Source: Gemmatimonadaceae bacterium
GTDB taxonomy: Bacteria; Gemmatimonadota; Gemmatimonadetes; Gemmatimonadales; Gemmatimonadaceae
DNA length: 64,000 nucleotides
Direction of reading: 5' to 3'
NCBI GenBank assembly: GCA_045803545.1
Contig: JBJMOW010000005.1
Location: 1,504,001 to 1,568,000 of the forward strand
Positions 29,948 to 40,503 of this stretch are shown in pieces. The notes beneath the pieces are model-generated. The model was given only the letters and a program-made list of their open reading frames with translations, made no database searches and was not told the DNA's origin. Each line of letters opens with the position of its first letter. The stretch's first letter is position 1. The translations under genes and the position numbers were made by a program.

Positions 29948-31203
29948 CCGGGCAGCTTCTGATCACGCTCGCAATTCGCACGGGCGCCATCGCGGCGCTC
30001 TCGCTCGTCGCGGGTGTGGTGCTGCGAAAAGCCCGGCCGAGCACCCGCAGCGTGCTCTGGAATTCGGCGCTGTTTGCTTGCCTGATTACGCCGCTCGCGT
30101 GGATCGCCGCGCCGCCGGTAACTGTATCCGTGCCCGCGCGATTCGTCTTTCAACACCTGGACGCGGTGTCCCCAACGACAATCGCGTCGCTCGCACCTGC
30201 TGCTAGGAATGCCAAGGTATCGGATGCGACCCAGCGGTTCTCCGACCCTGAAGGCTTCGAGACAAACGGTCAGGCGCTGATCGCCCTTTGGTTGGCGGGG
30301 GTGGTGCTGGTCGGGTTCCGATTCGTTCGCCAGGTGCTGGCCGCGCGTAGACTCGTGCGTGGCGCCACCGCGGCCAAACATGCGCTGTTGCGCGATATAC
30401 TTGCCCAAGCGAGAGCATCTCTCGAAATACAAAGAGACGTAGCGGTGCTCCATTCCACGCAGATCGACATCCCTCTCGCCACTGGCATTCTGCGACCGGT
30501 AATTCTCCTGCCAGCGTCGGTCAGCGAATGGAGTGCGGAGGAGCTGCGCATCGTTCTTCTCCACGAGCTTGCGCACGTCCGGCGGGCCGACATCGTTGCC
30601 CGCGTGGCTGCGATGTGCGTCTGCGCTATTCACTGGTTCAATCCCCTCGTCTGGCTGCTGGGCAACCTTTCCACTCGCGACGCCGAGCTGGCTGCCGACG
30701 ATCTCGTTCTTTCCGCCGGCGTTCGGCCCTCCACTTATGCCGATGCGCTTCTCAACGTCGCCGGCAGTGTGCTCCGGTTGCCCCTGATCCAGCCGGCGGT
30801 GCCATTGGCTCGGCGCGCTTTTCTGGCGCACCGGGTCCACGCCATCCTGCGTGAATCGAAGCGTCGTGGAGAAATCGGCCGCGCCGCGGGAATGCTCGTG
30901 GTCTCAGCCACATGCGCTGCAGCTTTGCTGGCAGCCTGCGTGAGGCTTTCGCCCCAGTCAGCGGCCGCTTTCACGACGACCTCAGATAATTCAACCTGGA
31001 TCGGCGGTGCAGCCGACGAGTTGATTCGGGCGCTCGACGACGCGAGTCCGCAGGTGCGGATGGCAGCCGCGCACTCACTGGGACAGCTCCACGCCCAGCG
31101 TGCGCGCCCACGGCTGCTCGATCTCGCCAACGATGCAGACAAAAACGTCCGCTACGAGGCCAATCTGGCGCTCAGCGCACTCGATGCCCGGCAATCACCA
31201 TGA
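29944..31203 (+). CDS. M56 family (BlaR1/MecR1-like) metallopeptidase with C-terminal HEAT repeat
   Basis: LLHELAHVRRAD, HWFNPLVW, ELAADD; HEAT-like tail. Confidence 0.9.
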   Translation: MTGQLLITLAIRTGAIAALSLVAGVVLRKARPSTRSVLWNSALFACLITPLAWIAAPPVTVSVPARFVFQHLDAVSPTTIASLAPAARNAKVSDATQRFSDPEGFETNGQALIALWLAGVVLVGFRFVRQVLAARRLVRGATAAKHALLRDILAQARASLEIQRDVAVLHSTQIDIPLATGILRPVILLPASVSEWSAEELRIVLLHELAHVRRADIVARVAAMCVCAIHWFNPLVWLLGNLSTRDAELAADDLVLSAGVRPSTYADALLNVAGSVLRLPLIQPAVPLARRAFLAHRVHAILRESKRRGEIGRAAGMLVVSATCAAALLAACVRLSPQSAAAFTTTSDNSTWIGGAADELIRALDDASPQVRMAAAHSLGQLHAQRARPRLLDLANDADKNVRYEANLALSALDARQSP

Positions 31204-32489
31204 CATTGAAACTGTTCCTCGCCGCTCCGGTGATCATAGCGACATTCGCGCTCCATCGGGGATCGACGAGTGCGTCGCCGGTCGCAGCGCAGCCTGACTG
31301 CGGCTGCACCGATGATCCTCCGTTCGTCCGCAACCCTTTTCGCGTCAAGCCAACGCGCGCCGATCTCGCGCGAATCACCGACGACCTGGCGCGTGATTGT
31401 GCGACCGCAGCAATTGCCTCGCGTAAACTCGGGATGGTCGCAGATGCGTCCTCCGTCGCACCGCTGATCAACGCGCTCCATCACAAGTCGTGTCGGGTGC
31501 GGACGGCGGCGGCGGACGCGCTCGGCGAACTCCGCGATCGGCGCGCAGTAGCTGCGCTCGTCGCCGCGCTGGCCGATTCCGACCCCCGCGTCCGCTCGAG
31601 CGCCGGGTGGTCGCTGGCAAGCATCCCCGATTCTACGGCGGTCCCGGCGTTGTTGATCGCCGTGACGGACAGCGAGAAACACGTGCGGCAGGCGGCGGCC
31701 TCGGCACTTGGCGCAATCGGTGATCCGCGCGCCGGCCCGGCGCTGACGAAAGCTTTACGCGATTCGGAGAAAGACGTTCGACAAGCTGCCGCGCAAAGTC
31801 TCGGTCAGCTGCGGCAACCTGCAGCGATCGCTCAGGCAAAGGAATCTCCCGCCGAGCGTTGCGCGTGGGAGGGCTGGCTGCCGCCCGCGAGAGGGCGCGA
31901 GCGAGTGCGCAACTCGAGGCGACTCGATGCCGCTTCAGTCAATCGTCTCACCGTGCTCACTCGCACGGGCGACAAAAACTCGAGGATGCTCGCGGCGGAG
32001 GAGCTAGCTGCGGCTCAGGATCCAGCGTCGTTGCAGTCGCTGATCGACATGACCGCCGATTCAGATCCGATGGTTCAGGAGGCAGCCCTCAGGGCGCTCG
32101 GGAGGCGCGGCGTGACGTCGGCGACTCCGATCGTCGCGCGTTTCGCTCAGTCGTCGAACTCGCACCTGCGTCAGGCGTCCATCTGGTCGCTGGGTCAGCT
32201 TCAAGATCCGTCCGCAATCAATGCCGTTATCGCAGCGAGCCGAGACACCAGCAAGCACGTACGCAACGAGGCAGCGTGGGCTCTCGGCCTCATCGGTGGG
32301 TCGCGCGCGCTATCGCCGACGAGGCAACTGGCCTACGACGACAATCCGCAGGTGCGAATGGCAGCCGCGTGCTCTCTGGATATGATTCACGTCGATGATC
32401 CTCAGGTGCGCGGAACTCTCATTCGCCTGGCGAGCGATAGTGATGCAGTTGTGCGGGAGGTCGCGCGCTGGACACTAACACGCATGTAA
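31200..32489 (+). CDS. secreted HEAT-repeat protein
   Basis: Signal peptide; about 10 L.D.D..VR.AAA.ALG repeats. Confidence 0.88.
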   Translation: MTLKLFLAAPVIIATFALHRGSTSASPVAAQPDCGCTDDPPFVRNPFRVKPTRADLARITDDLARDCATAAIASRKLGMVADASSVAPLINALHHKSCRVRTAAADALGELRDRRAVAALVAALADSDPRVRSSAGWSLASIPDSTAVPALLIAVTDSEKHVRQAAASALGAIGDPRAGPALTKALRDSEKDVRQAAAQSLGQLRQPAAIAQAKESPAERCAWEGWLPPARGRERVRNSRRLDAASVNRLTVLTRTGDKNSRMLAAEELAAAQDPASLQSLIDMTADSDPMVQEAALRALGRRGVTSATPIVARFAQSSNSHLRQASIWSLGQLQDPSAINAVIAASRDTSKHVRNEAAWALGLIGGSRALSPTRQLAYDDNPQVRMAAACSLDMIHVDDPQVRGTLIRLASDSDAVVREVARWTLTRM

Positions 32490-32519
32490 GGGTGGAGCTG
32501 TGCACGATTGCGCAGAGCG

Positions 32520-35186
32520 TCAATGTCCCACGCGCCCTGCGGCGGCTTGATCCTCGATCAGCGCCTGGACCCGCGGATCCTTCATTCGCCATGCGAACTC
32601 GGGATCCTTCAACTCCGCGATCGCATATCCGTTTGCGCTCGTAAAGCACCGCTCGAGAAATGGCATCATCGCCTCGGCGTCGCCCAGAAATCCGTAGACC
32701 GCTGCCTTGGTGCACGACAGCTGGATCGCCTCGACACCCCTCGGATACATCGCGATCGTCTGACTAACGCTCGCTTTCTCGAGCAGATCGAGCGCGGTCG
32801 TGCGATCGCCGTACAACGCAGCCAACCACGCCAATACCTCATACTGACCGCGGCGCACGTAGGCAGACTGGTTCGGATCGTCGGTCATCCGCTTCTCCAA
32901 ACGCCACGCTGAATCGGCCAGCGTCCTCGCACGCTTGTAATCGCCACGGCTGGCGAACAGCTCCGCCTTCTCCGCATAAAAATTGACGCTGTCCAGAGCT
33001 GACCCGGGCGCGAACGACGACAATGGCGTCGTTGCCAGCTCGTTCTGCAGCGCGGCGTCGCCGTGCCGCAGCATCTCACCGTCGGCTGCTCCGATTCTTC
33101 CGCCGCGCGCCCTCAGCTCTCGCACAGCGCGCGACACGCCTGCCACATCACCAACGTGTTCGGCGAGGGTCGCCGCGTGATAGATGGGACCCGTTCCAAC
33201 AGGGTCCAGCGTTCGCTCCCGCGCCACCATGTTCGCGGCATCGCCGTATCGCCGCAGCGCGATCGCTGTCGCGAAGCTCATCGCGAGTACGTATTTCGAC
33301 GCCGGCGCGAGCGGCAGGATCCGCTTCACCGCTTCCCACGCCCCGGCGGAATCGCCGACGACGAGCAGTGCATGCTGCTCGTGGACGAGGAGCTCGATAC
33401 TCGACGGATTCTCGCGCAACGCGCGTCGCAGAATCGCCAGTGCTTCCGCAGGTCGATTGAATCCACGGAACGCGAGAGTAGCCACCGCGTTCGGCTGATT
33501 TGGATCGAGCTCCAATGCGCGACGCGCGACGGCCGCCGCGGAGTCGAGCATCTTCGTCCCGCCCGAGTACGACATGATCGCCAGCGCCTGCGACGCGAGG
33601 CCGACCGCGTCGGCATAATTTGGATCGCGCCGATACGCGTACTCGAACTCGCGCAGGGCCTTCTCGTACTCGGCGTACGACGCGGTGGTGTTTTCCTCAT
33701 AGATGCGCTTCCCACGCACGACGGCGGCGAACGCTCCGGTGTCAGCCGTCGCGCGCATCGCCATCGTCGTCCGCTCGCGCGGCGCCATTGCCACGTCCAG
33801 CGCCTCGGCTACTCTCGTCGCGACGCGGGACTGAATGGTGAATGGATCCGCGGGCGAGACGATCTCCGGCTCACCGGCCCACTGCGTCGTCGCGTCGGAC
33901 ACGCGTATCAGCTCGGGCGTCACCCGTACCAGCGGTTGATTGTCGGCGCCCTTGGCCCATCGCACCGACGCGCGCAGCAGGTAATCGGCGCCCAGCGATT
34001 TGCCCAGTTGTTGTACGCTCGTGCCGGAGGAAGTCGCCAATGACGACACGCTCTTGCGATCGATCACGCTCAAGCCCTCGAGTCGCGCCAGCTTGCCGCT
34101 GATTGCGTCGCGGAGCCCGTCAGCGAAGCTGGGATCGGCGCCGTCACCTGCACTCTCGAATGGCAGCACTGCGATTAGCGGCGGGTGATCGTCCGCTGCG
34201 GATCGCGCCCGCCAGATCGCTCCACCACCGAGTACGAGCGCGACGATGAGCGCGGTGACGAGCACGCCGAACCGGCGGCGCGATGGAATCGCCGCGCGGG
34301 GGATTCGAATCCGCGATGGATTGTCGATTGCCGAGAGCAGCTCGACTCCTGACGCCGGCCGATCTGACTTCTGTTTCGACAGGCACACCGATACGAGATC
34401 GGAAATCGCGCGCGGGACTTTCGAGCCGGAGTTAGAGAGTGGTCGAGGGGTGTCTGACATCTGCGCCGTCAGCAGATTCTGCGGCGACGAGATGTGATCG
34501 CCGAATGGATGCTTCCCCGAGATCAGCTCGTAGGCGACGATGCCCCACGCATAGACGTCCGCGCGCTGGTCAGTTCCCGGATCACCGGCCGCCTGTTCCG
34601 GCGCCATGTACATCGGCGTGCCGACGTTGTCGCCCGGCTGGGTTATCTGCGCCGCGCTTTGCCTGGTGAGAGGAAGCGCTTCTTTCCTCGCCGCCGAGAC
34701 GGCCTTGGCGATCCCGAAATCGGTGACGACCGCGGTGCCTTCGCTCAGCAGAATGTTCTCGGGCTTGATGTCGCGGTGGACGATTCCCTGCCTGTGCGCG
34801 TAGGCAAGGGCGGCGGCGACATCGCGCAGAACGGCCAGACTCTCGTCGAGCGGAATCGTCCCTTTTCTGATCCGATCGCGCAGCGACTGTCCGCGCACGA
34901 ACGGCATCGTATAGTAGGGATATCCTCCCGCCGTCTGACCCGAGCTGAGCACCGGCAGGATGTGCGGCTCCTGGAGCGCTGCGGCGAGCTTTACCTCGCG
35001 CGCAAATCGCGCCGCCGAGAAGGCGAAGGTAAGCTCAGGTGGCAGGACTTTGACGACGATCTCGCGGCCGAGCGCTTCGTCGCGGGCGACGAAGACGCGC
35101 GCCATTCCGCCCGCGAGCAGCTCTTTGGTGATGGTGTAGTGGCTGCTCCCGAATTCCTGCTGGATTTGGTCGTAAAGGTCGTCCAA
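32520..35186 (-). CDS. Ser/Thr protein kinase with TM, TolB-like and TPR regions
   Basis: GGMARV, HRDIKPEN, DFGIAK, GTPMYMAPEQ; IAVLPFE; helical repeats. Confidence 0.93.
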   Translation of the reverse strand: MDDLYDQIQQEFGSSHYTITKELLAGGMARVFVARDEALGREIVVKVLPPELTFAFSAARFAREVKLAAALQEPHILPVLSSGQTAGGYPYYTMPFVRGQSLRDRIRKGTIPLDESLAVLRDVAAALAYAHRQGIVHRDIKPENILLSEGTAVVTDFGIAKAVSAARKEALPLTRQSAAQITQPGDNVGTPMYMAPEQAAGDPGTDQRADVYAWGIVAYELISGKHPFGDHISSPQNLLTAQMSDTPRPLSNSGSKVPRAISDLVSVCLSKQKSDRPASGVELLSAIDNPSRIRIPRAAIPSRRRFGVLVTALIVALVLGGGAIWRARSAADDHPPLIAVLPFESAGDGADPSFADGLRDAISGKLARLEGLSVIDRKSVSSLATSSGTSVQQLGKSLGADYLLRASVRWAKGADNQPLVRVTPELIRVSDATTQWAGEPEIVSPADPFTIQSRVATRVAEALDVAMAPRERTTMAMRATADTGAFAAVVRGKRIYEENTTASYAEYEKALREFEYAYRRDPNYADAVGLASQALAIMSYSGGTKMLDSAAAVARRALELDPNQPNAVATLAFRGFNRPAEALAILRRALRENPSSIELLVHEQHALLVVGDSAGAWEAVKRILPLAPASKYVLAMSFATAIALRRYGDAANMVARERTLDPVGTGPIYHAATLAEHVGDVAGVSRAVRELRARGGRIGAADGEMLRHGDAALQNELATTPLSSFAPGSALDSVNFYAEKAELFASRGDYKRARTLADSAWRLEKRMTDDPNQSAYVRRGQYEVLAWLAALYGDRTTALDLLEKASVSQTIAMYPRGVEAIQLSCTKAAVYGFLGDAEAMMPFLERCFTSANGYAIAELKDPEFAWRMKDPRVQALIEDQAAAGRVGH

Positions 35187-35216
35187 GGAGCCCTTTGAGG
35201 CTGGCGACCAAATGTA

Positions 35217-35269
35217 GGGACGGGAGGCGGGAGGCGGGAGGTGACTGAGGGCCGATGACTAAGGGCATC
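35217..35269. repeat. (GGGAGGC)n plus 28-bp left end of repeat family A
   Basis: TGACTGAGGGCCGATGACTAAGGGCATC at 35242-35269 matches 35768-35795 with one mismatch. Confidence 0.85.
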
Positions 35270-35333
35270 GGCCCGCAGTCTTATCCGTTTAGCAACGGTG
35301 TGATTGGCTGGGCGTCAAAGGGGTCCGTGGTTT

Positions 35334-35774
35334 ATGGCGACCTCAGCGCATCTTCGCGCAATGTCGCATTTCGGGCCGCCCATTTCGCACGAGACGGCGA
35401 ACGATCCTCTCTTCCGGATGCGAGCCTACTCGCTGGCGGCTGACCTGGTCAAGTTGGCTTGGGAAGACGCGAAGAGCCTGAGCGCTGAGGCTGTGAGCGA
35501 GCGCATCGCGGGTCAGCTGTACGCGGCGGTGAATTCCATCACTGCGAATATTGGGGAAGGGTACTCGCGCAGCTCAGGAAAAGACCGAGCGCGCTTTTTC
35601 GAGTACGCACTCGGATCTGTGCGCGAGAGCATGAGTTGGTACCAGGGCGCGCGGCCAGTGCTGGGAGATGTCGTGCGCGGCCGACTCGACTCTCTGGAGG
35701 AAATTCGGCGGATGCTCATCGCCATCATTCCCAGGGAGAGAGGTGCTGGTATTCGCCGTAGAGCGTCTGACTGA
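35334..35774 (+). CDS. four helix bundle protein (IVP/Avd-like), second copy
   Basis: QLYAAVNSITANIGEGYSRSSGKDRARFFEYALGSVRE; start may be 35361. Confidence 0.88.
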   Translation: MATSAHLRAMSHFGPPISHETANDPLFRMRAYSLAADLVKLAWEDAKSLSAEAVSERIAGQLYAAVNSITANIGEGYSRSSGKDRARFFEYALGSVRESMSWYQGARPVLGDVVRGRLDSLEEIRRMLIAIIPRERGAGIRRRASD

Positions 35775-35915
35775 GGGCCGATGACTAAGAGCATCTATGG
35801 TTGCTGACTAATCGATGAGCGAGGACAATCGAGGATTAGGGCCGTTGTCCTCGATTGTCCTCAATTCTCACTTAGTCCGCGATGATCGATGCCGTTAGTC
35901 ATCGGCCCTCGGTCA
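35768..35915. repeat. long palindromic repeat, family A copy 2
   Basis: TGACTGAGGGCCGATGACTAAGAGCATC...GATGCCGTTAGTCATCGGCCCTCGGTCA. Confidence 0.88.
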
Positions 35916-35965
35916 GCAGATCCCCTTCCCCGTCTATAGATTGCGAAAGCCAATTGGATGCATCG

Positions 35966-36295
35966 ATGTCAGATCGGGAAGTCGCCAGAGCAACAGCAAA
36001 ATCACACATCACGCGTGAGACCACACGCGAGTTCGACGTAGCGCTGCACGGTGCGGCGACGTCCAGCATCGAGTCAATGGCGGTGCTTCGCAGCGCCGTT
36101 TGCAGTTGTGTCAACTCAATGAGAGATGGAGACGTCGGCATCGTTGAAATGATTCTGGCGATGAAGACGTGCGCGCTCGATAGCGCTGCGAGATACCAGC
36201 CGGAGTTCGACGAGATGCCGGTCTCGAGTGTCAACACATTGATGGATCAAATCGTAAAGTGGGCAATCGCGGAGTACTACACGACGCGGTCTTGA
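35966..36295 (+). CDS. small helical hypothetical protein (LR.AV...W....Y family)
   Basis: LRSAVCSCV...IVKWAIAEYY; start moved to ATG 35966 because the upstream part is repeat. Confidence 0.65.
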   Translation: MSDREVARATAKSHITRETTREFDVALHGAATSSIESMAVLRSAVCSCVNSMRDGDVGIVEMILAMKTCALDSAARYQPEFDEMPVSSVNTLMDQIVKWAIAEYYTTRS

Positions 36296-36355
36296 TAGAG
36301 TTCATTTCCGAGTGAGCCAACGTCCAATTCAACAGAAGGAAATCGCAAACTTTCT

Positions 36356-36628
36356 CTGCCAGCGGAGCTAGAGCTCGCGCTGGGGCACGCTACCTCGGAT
36401 GCTCTGAGCGCGCTGCAATCTTTGCGCAGCGCCGTACGCGCCCACGTCAACAACGAGTGCTCGCGGGGTTGCAGCCAGAATGAGATCGACTCCGGCCTGC
36501 GGTCGCTGATCGACTCGTGTGGTCCCTCGCTCGGCCACATCGACTACTCCGCGGAGCGGGCGGACGAAGTCACGATTCAGGTCTTGAAGTGGAGCGCGTC
36601 TTTCTATAACCCCGCCGCTAATAGCTAA
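36356..36628 (+). CDS. tandem paralog of the preceding gene, start uncertain
   Basis: ELELALGHATSDALSALQSLRSAV...VLKWSASFY; homology extends upstream of TTG 36422 but no ATG/GTG is in frame, so CTG 36356 is assumed. Confidence 0.5.
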   Translation: MPAELELALGHATSDALSALQSLRSAVRAHVNNECSRGCSQNEIDSGLRSLIDSCGPSLGHIDYSAERADEVTIQVLKWSASFYNPAANS

Positions 36629-36737
36629 TCCGGAAGCCTGCCGCTGATAGCTAATCCGGCGCGGTCCCCAGTGGGATCGAACCCAGCGCGCCAAGTGCCG
36701 GATGGCAGAGAATTTGAAGCTCTGCCCCTGAAGTACC

Positions 36738-37802
36738 ATGATCAATATTCCAACCGAGCCGATCGGGAGCATCCCGAGACCGCCCGAGCTGATAGAAGCG
36801 GTCGCCAGCGGCACGATCCCAGATCCGAATCTGGATCCCCAGTACGAAGCGGCGGTCAAAGACACCATCGAGCGCTTCGAGGCCACTGACTCGCCGATCA
36901 TCACCGACGGCGAGCAGCGGAAGTACCACAATTTCTGGACTTACTCCGTCGAGGGACTGCCTAACACCGCGCCCGACGGCTTCAAGATCCCGTTCTCCGC
37001 GGGCCACACCCGACGGATGCCGCGCCTCACGGGCGGCCCGTTTCACTACAAGCGCTACGCCGACAGCTATCTGGACGTCGCACTCAAGTACGCGCATCGC
37101 CCGCTCAAGCAGGCGGTCATTGCACCATCCGCACTTAGCCTGATGTACCCGGCGGATGACGTCCCCGGTTATTCGCGCGACGAGTTCATCGAGGACCTGC
37201 TCGCTGAGCATGAGAAGGAAATCAGGCGCTGCCTCGAACGCGGCGCGGCGAAGGTACAGATCGATTTCACGGAAGCCCGTTTCGCAATGAAGCTCGATCC
37301 ATCCGGCGAGTTGCTCGGCACCTTCATCGATCTCAACAACCTGGCGCTGGAAAGATTTTCCGACGCAGACCGCAAGCTGATCGGCGTCCATACGTGCCCG
37401 GGCGGCGATCTGGATTCGACCCACAGCGCCGAGGTCGATTACGCCGAGTTCCTGCCAACTTTGTTCCAGCTCGAGGCTGGCTACTTCTGTATCGCGCTCG
37501 CGGGTGAAAAAGATCGACCGCGAGTGCTGCAGATCATCCGCGATTCCCTGCGACCGAATCAGCAGGCGTTCGTCGGTGTCGTCTCGCCAATCGACCCGCA
37601 TGTCGACCGGCCGGACGAGATTTGCGCGCGCGTGCTCGAAGCATCGAAGTACATCCCCGTCGAGCAGCTCGGTACCACCGACGATTGTGGGTACGCGCCG
37701 TTCAGCGATGACAGATCCACCACGCGTGACAAAGCATTCGCCAAGATTCAGGCGCGGGTCGAAGGCACCGCCATGGCGTCGCGGATGATCAACGGCGAAT
37801 GA
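36738..37802 (+). CDS. cobalamin-independent methionine synthase II family protein (single barrel)
   Basis: [25 protein letters not shown] and DDCG candidate Zn ligands. Confidence 0.85.
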   Translation: MINIPTEPIGSIPRPPELIEAVASGTIPDPNLDPQYEAAVKDTIERFEATDSPIITDGEQRKYHNFWTYSVEGLPNTAPDGFKIPFSAGHTRRMPRLTGGPFHYKRYADSYLDVALKYAHRPLKQAVIAPSALSLMYPADDVPGYSRDEFIEDLLAEHEKEIRRCLERGAAKVQIDFTEARFAMKLDPSGELLGTFIDLNNLALERFSDADRKLIGVHTCPGGDLDSTHSAEVDYAEFLPTLFQLEAGYFCIALAGEKDRPRVLQIIRDSLRPNQQAFVGVVSPIDPHVDRPDEICARVLEASKYIPVEQLGTTDDCGYAPFSDDRSTTRDKAFAKIQARVEGTAMASRMINGE

Positions 37803-39178
37803 ACATCGATCCGGACGAAGAGCGAGAGTTGCAGACTGCGGCGCTGCGGACTGCTACCAGCGTCGTGATGGCGCGGCACCGCGCCGAGCAGGAGCGCGAT
37901 CGCGCGCGCGCCGAGGCGGAGGCAGCGCGTAGCGAGCTCGAGGCCCTGAACCGAATCGGAACCGCGCTGGCTTCGCAGCTCGACGTCGAGAAAATCGTGC
38001 AGACGGTAACCGATGCGGCGACCAAGCTGACCCGCGCTCAATTCGGCGCGTTCTTCTACAACGTCGTTGACAAACAGGGCGAGAAACTCACGCTCTTCAC
38101 ATTGTCGGGCGCACCACGGGAAGCTTTCGAAGGTTTTGGTCATCCGCGCGCGACGCCGATTTTCGCTCCGACTTTCTATGGCACAGCCATCGTGCGGAGC
38201 GACGACATCACCAAGGACCCAAGCTACGGCCAGTGGGAACCCTTTCACGGAATGCCACCAGGTCATCTGCCGGTGCGCAGCTATCTCGCAGTGCCTGTGA
38301 CGTCCCGTACGGGCGATGTCCTGGGAGGCCTCTTCTTCGCGCACTCGAAAGTGGGCGTCTTCGACGAACGGGCCGAGCGATTGGTGCAAGGGATCGCCGG
38401 CTGGGCGGCGATTGCGATGGACAACGCGCGCCTCTATGAAGCCGAACGAAGTGCGCGAGCGCAGGCCGAGGTCGCCAACGAGGCGAAGTCTGAGTTCCTC
38501 GCCAACATGTCGCACGAATTGCGCACACCGCTGAACGCGATCGGCGGCTACGCGGATCTGATGATCGGCGAGGTTCGCGGCCCGATAACAGAAGCACAGC
38601 ACGCCGATCTCGAGCGGATCAAGCGCAACCAGCAGCATCTACTCGGCCTGATCAACGACATTCTCAACTTTGCCAAAGTCGAAGCAGGTAGCGTCCAATT
38701 CGATCCGATCGAAGTGTCGATGAACGAACGCCTCGGAGAGCTGGAGGCGCTGATCGCACCGCAGGTGCAGCAGAAGGGATTGCACTACGAGTATATCTGC
38801 TGCGATTCGAAGTTCACCGCTTACACCGATCCGGATCGGTTGCAGCAGATCCTGCTCAACCTTCTCTCGAACGCGATCAAGTTCACGCCGGTGGGCGGAA
38901 AGATCGCCGTGGTGTGCAGAGCGACCAAGGATTTCATGAAGGTCCGGGTAACGGACACTGGACCCGGCATCCCGCGCGACAAACTCGATCACATCTTCGA
39001 GCCTTTCGTCCAACTTGCGCGCGGCCGTTCGGCGGCCGTCGTCGGAACCGGGCTGGGGCTCGCGATCAGTCGCGACCTCGCGCGGGCGATGGGGGGTGAT
39101 CTCACCGTCCATAGCAGGGTGGGACGGGGATCGACGTTTATACTGAGTTTGCCGAGAGGTCGGACGCGGGAAGATTGA
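37799..39178 (+). CDS. GAF-domain sensor histidine kinase
   Basis: [20 protein letters not shown] motif; [15 protein letters not shown]. Confidence 0.92.
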   Translation: MNIDPDEERELQTAALRTATSVVMARHRAEQERDRARAEAEAARSELEALNRIGTALASQLDVEKIVQTVTDAATKLTRAQFGAFFYNVVDKQGEKLTLFTLSGAPREAFEGFGHPRATPIFAPTFYGTAIVRSDDITKDPSYGQWEPFHGMPPGHLPVRSYLAVPVTSRTGDVLGGLFFAHSKVGVFDERAERLVQGIAGWAAIAMDNARLYEAERSARAQAEVANEAKSEFLANMSHELRTPLNAIGGYADLMIGEVRGPITEAQHADLERIKRNQQHLLGLINDILNFAKVEAGSVQFDPIEVSMNERLGELEALIAPQVQQKGLHYEYICCDSKFTAYTDPDRLQQILLNLLSNAIKFTPVGGKIAVVCRATKDFMKVRVTDTGPGIPRDKLDHIFEPFVQLARGRSAAVVGTGLGLAISRDLARAMGGDLTVHSRVGRGSTFILSLPRGRTRED

Positions 39179-39306
39179 GGCCCGAGGACTAAGTGCATCG
39201 ATCACCGAGGATTAAGTGAGGGCCGAGTACAACCGAGGATCCTCGATGGTCTGCAATCCTCACTTAATCAGCAATCATAGATGCCCTTGGTCCTCCGCCC
39301 TCAGTC
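39173..39306. repeat. long palindromic repeat, family A copy 3
   Basis: GATTGAGGCCCGAGGACTAAGTGCATCGATCA...GATGCCCTTGGTCCTCCGCCCTCAGTC. Confidence 0.85.
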
Positions 39307-39311
39307 AGCTC

Positions 39312-40385
39312 CTACGGTGCATCGGCGTTCGTCAACGGCGGCGCGGTCGTCGGTCCGATAGCGGATCCGCCTAGCGGTGGCAACGTCGCGATTCGATTGA
39401 GAAATGCCTGGAGCGTGATGCTCTCGGTCGCGATGCGCCAGGTGTAGCGCGAGTTGTCGAAGCGCGCGCCCGAGTACCATAGACTTACCGATTGAGAGGT
39501 CTGATCGAAGAGCAGGCTGGAGCGATAGACGATATCGTCGAACGCGGGAATCGCTCCGCGTGTCAGCACCGATCCCGGCGCGACGTCCCAGTGAACGCCG
39601 TCGACGCTCTTCGCGAAGTGGAGTGCCGCGGTCGTGCACGATCCGGGAACTTTCACATTGTAAATCGCCCAGAACTCACTTCGCTCGGGAATCCACTGCA
39701 CGTCGATATGCCACGCAAAGGCTTCCGCCTCGGTCAAATCGGTGGTGATGGGATCCGACCAGTTTACACCGTTCGCGGATCGGCGTAATTCCACGGTAGT
39801 CGAGTTACTCGTGCAGCCGGTGGTGCCACTGTTGACCGACCACATTAGCCAGTCTCCCTGACCGCGCCGAACCACGGTTGGCGAAACGACGGTGTGGTTG
39901 ATGCCGTGCACTACCAGTGTTGGCGCACTCCACGACGCAGGTGCTCCACCCTTGATCAGAAAGATCTGGTTCTCGGTGTTGACCGCGCGATAATAGAGCC
40001 AGAGCTCGTTCGTTTCCGGATTGAATACCTGGTCGGGATCTGACAGATAGCCCGCATCCGGCCGCGCGATCGGATTCATCACGCCTGCCGGCACGAACCA
40101 ATCGAGCGGAGAGCGCCTGGTGTAGAGTGAAGGATTCTCCTTGCTCGCGTCTCCGTTTGGATACGGAGTCGCGAACAACTCGGCGTCGCTTCCACCCCAG
40201 ACCGATGGCGTGATCGCCGCGTCAGGGTGCACTGCCTGACCCGATCCATCGAATGTCTCCAGCGCGAGCAGGTGCACCGACGAGAGCGGAACCTTGGTTG
40301 GGCCCGCTGCATCGGCACAGGCAATCGCAAACACTGCGAGCGCCGCGCGAGATGACGTGAGAATCCTAAGGAATGTCGACGGCAT
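39312..40385 (-). CDS. lipoprotein, beta-propeller glycoside-hydrolase-like
   Basis: Lipobox AIAC; HPD, TPYP.G...ENP, SDPD, S.DGV.W repeats. Confidence 0.6.
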   Translation of the reverse strand: MPSTFLRILTSSRAALAVFAIACADAAGPTKVPLSSVHLLALETFDGSGQAVHPDAAITPSVWGGSDAELFATPYPNGDASKENPSLYTRRSPLDWFVPAGVMNPIARPDAGYLSDPDQVFNPETNELWLYYRAVNTENQIFLIKGGAPASWSAPTLVVHGINHTVVSPTVVRRGQGDWLMWSVNSGTTGCTSNSTTVELRRSANGVNWSDPITTDLTEAEAFAWHIDVQWIPERSEFWAIYNVKVPGSCTTAALHFAKSVDGVHWDVAPGSVLTRGAIPAFDDIVYRSSLLFDQTSQSVSLWYSGARFDNSRYTWRIATESITLQAFLNRIATLPPLGGSAIGPTTAPPLTNADAP

Positions 40386-40503
40386 CGCTGACTTAGTCAG
40401 GGTAGCAGCGAAAACCGTTGCCGGCGAGAATCAATTATGTGAACAATTTGTAACGCACACCTTCCATGCCCGCGCCATTAGAGGAGCGCTCTGCGATCAG
40501 GCC

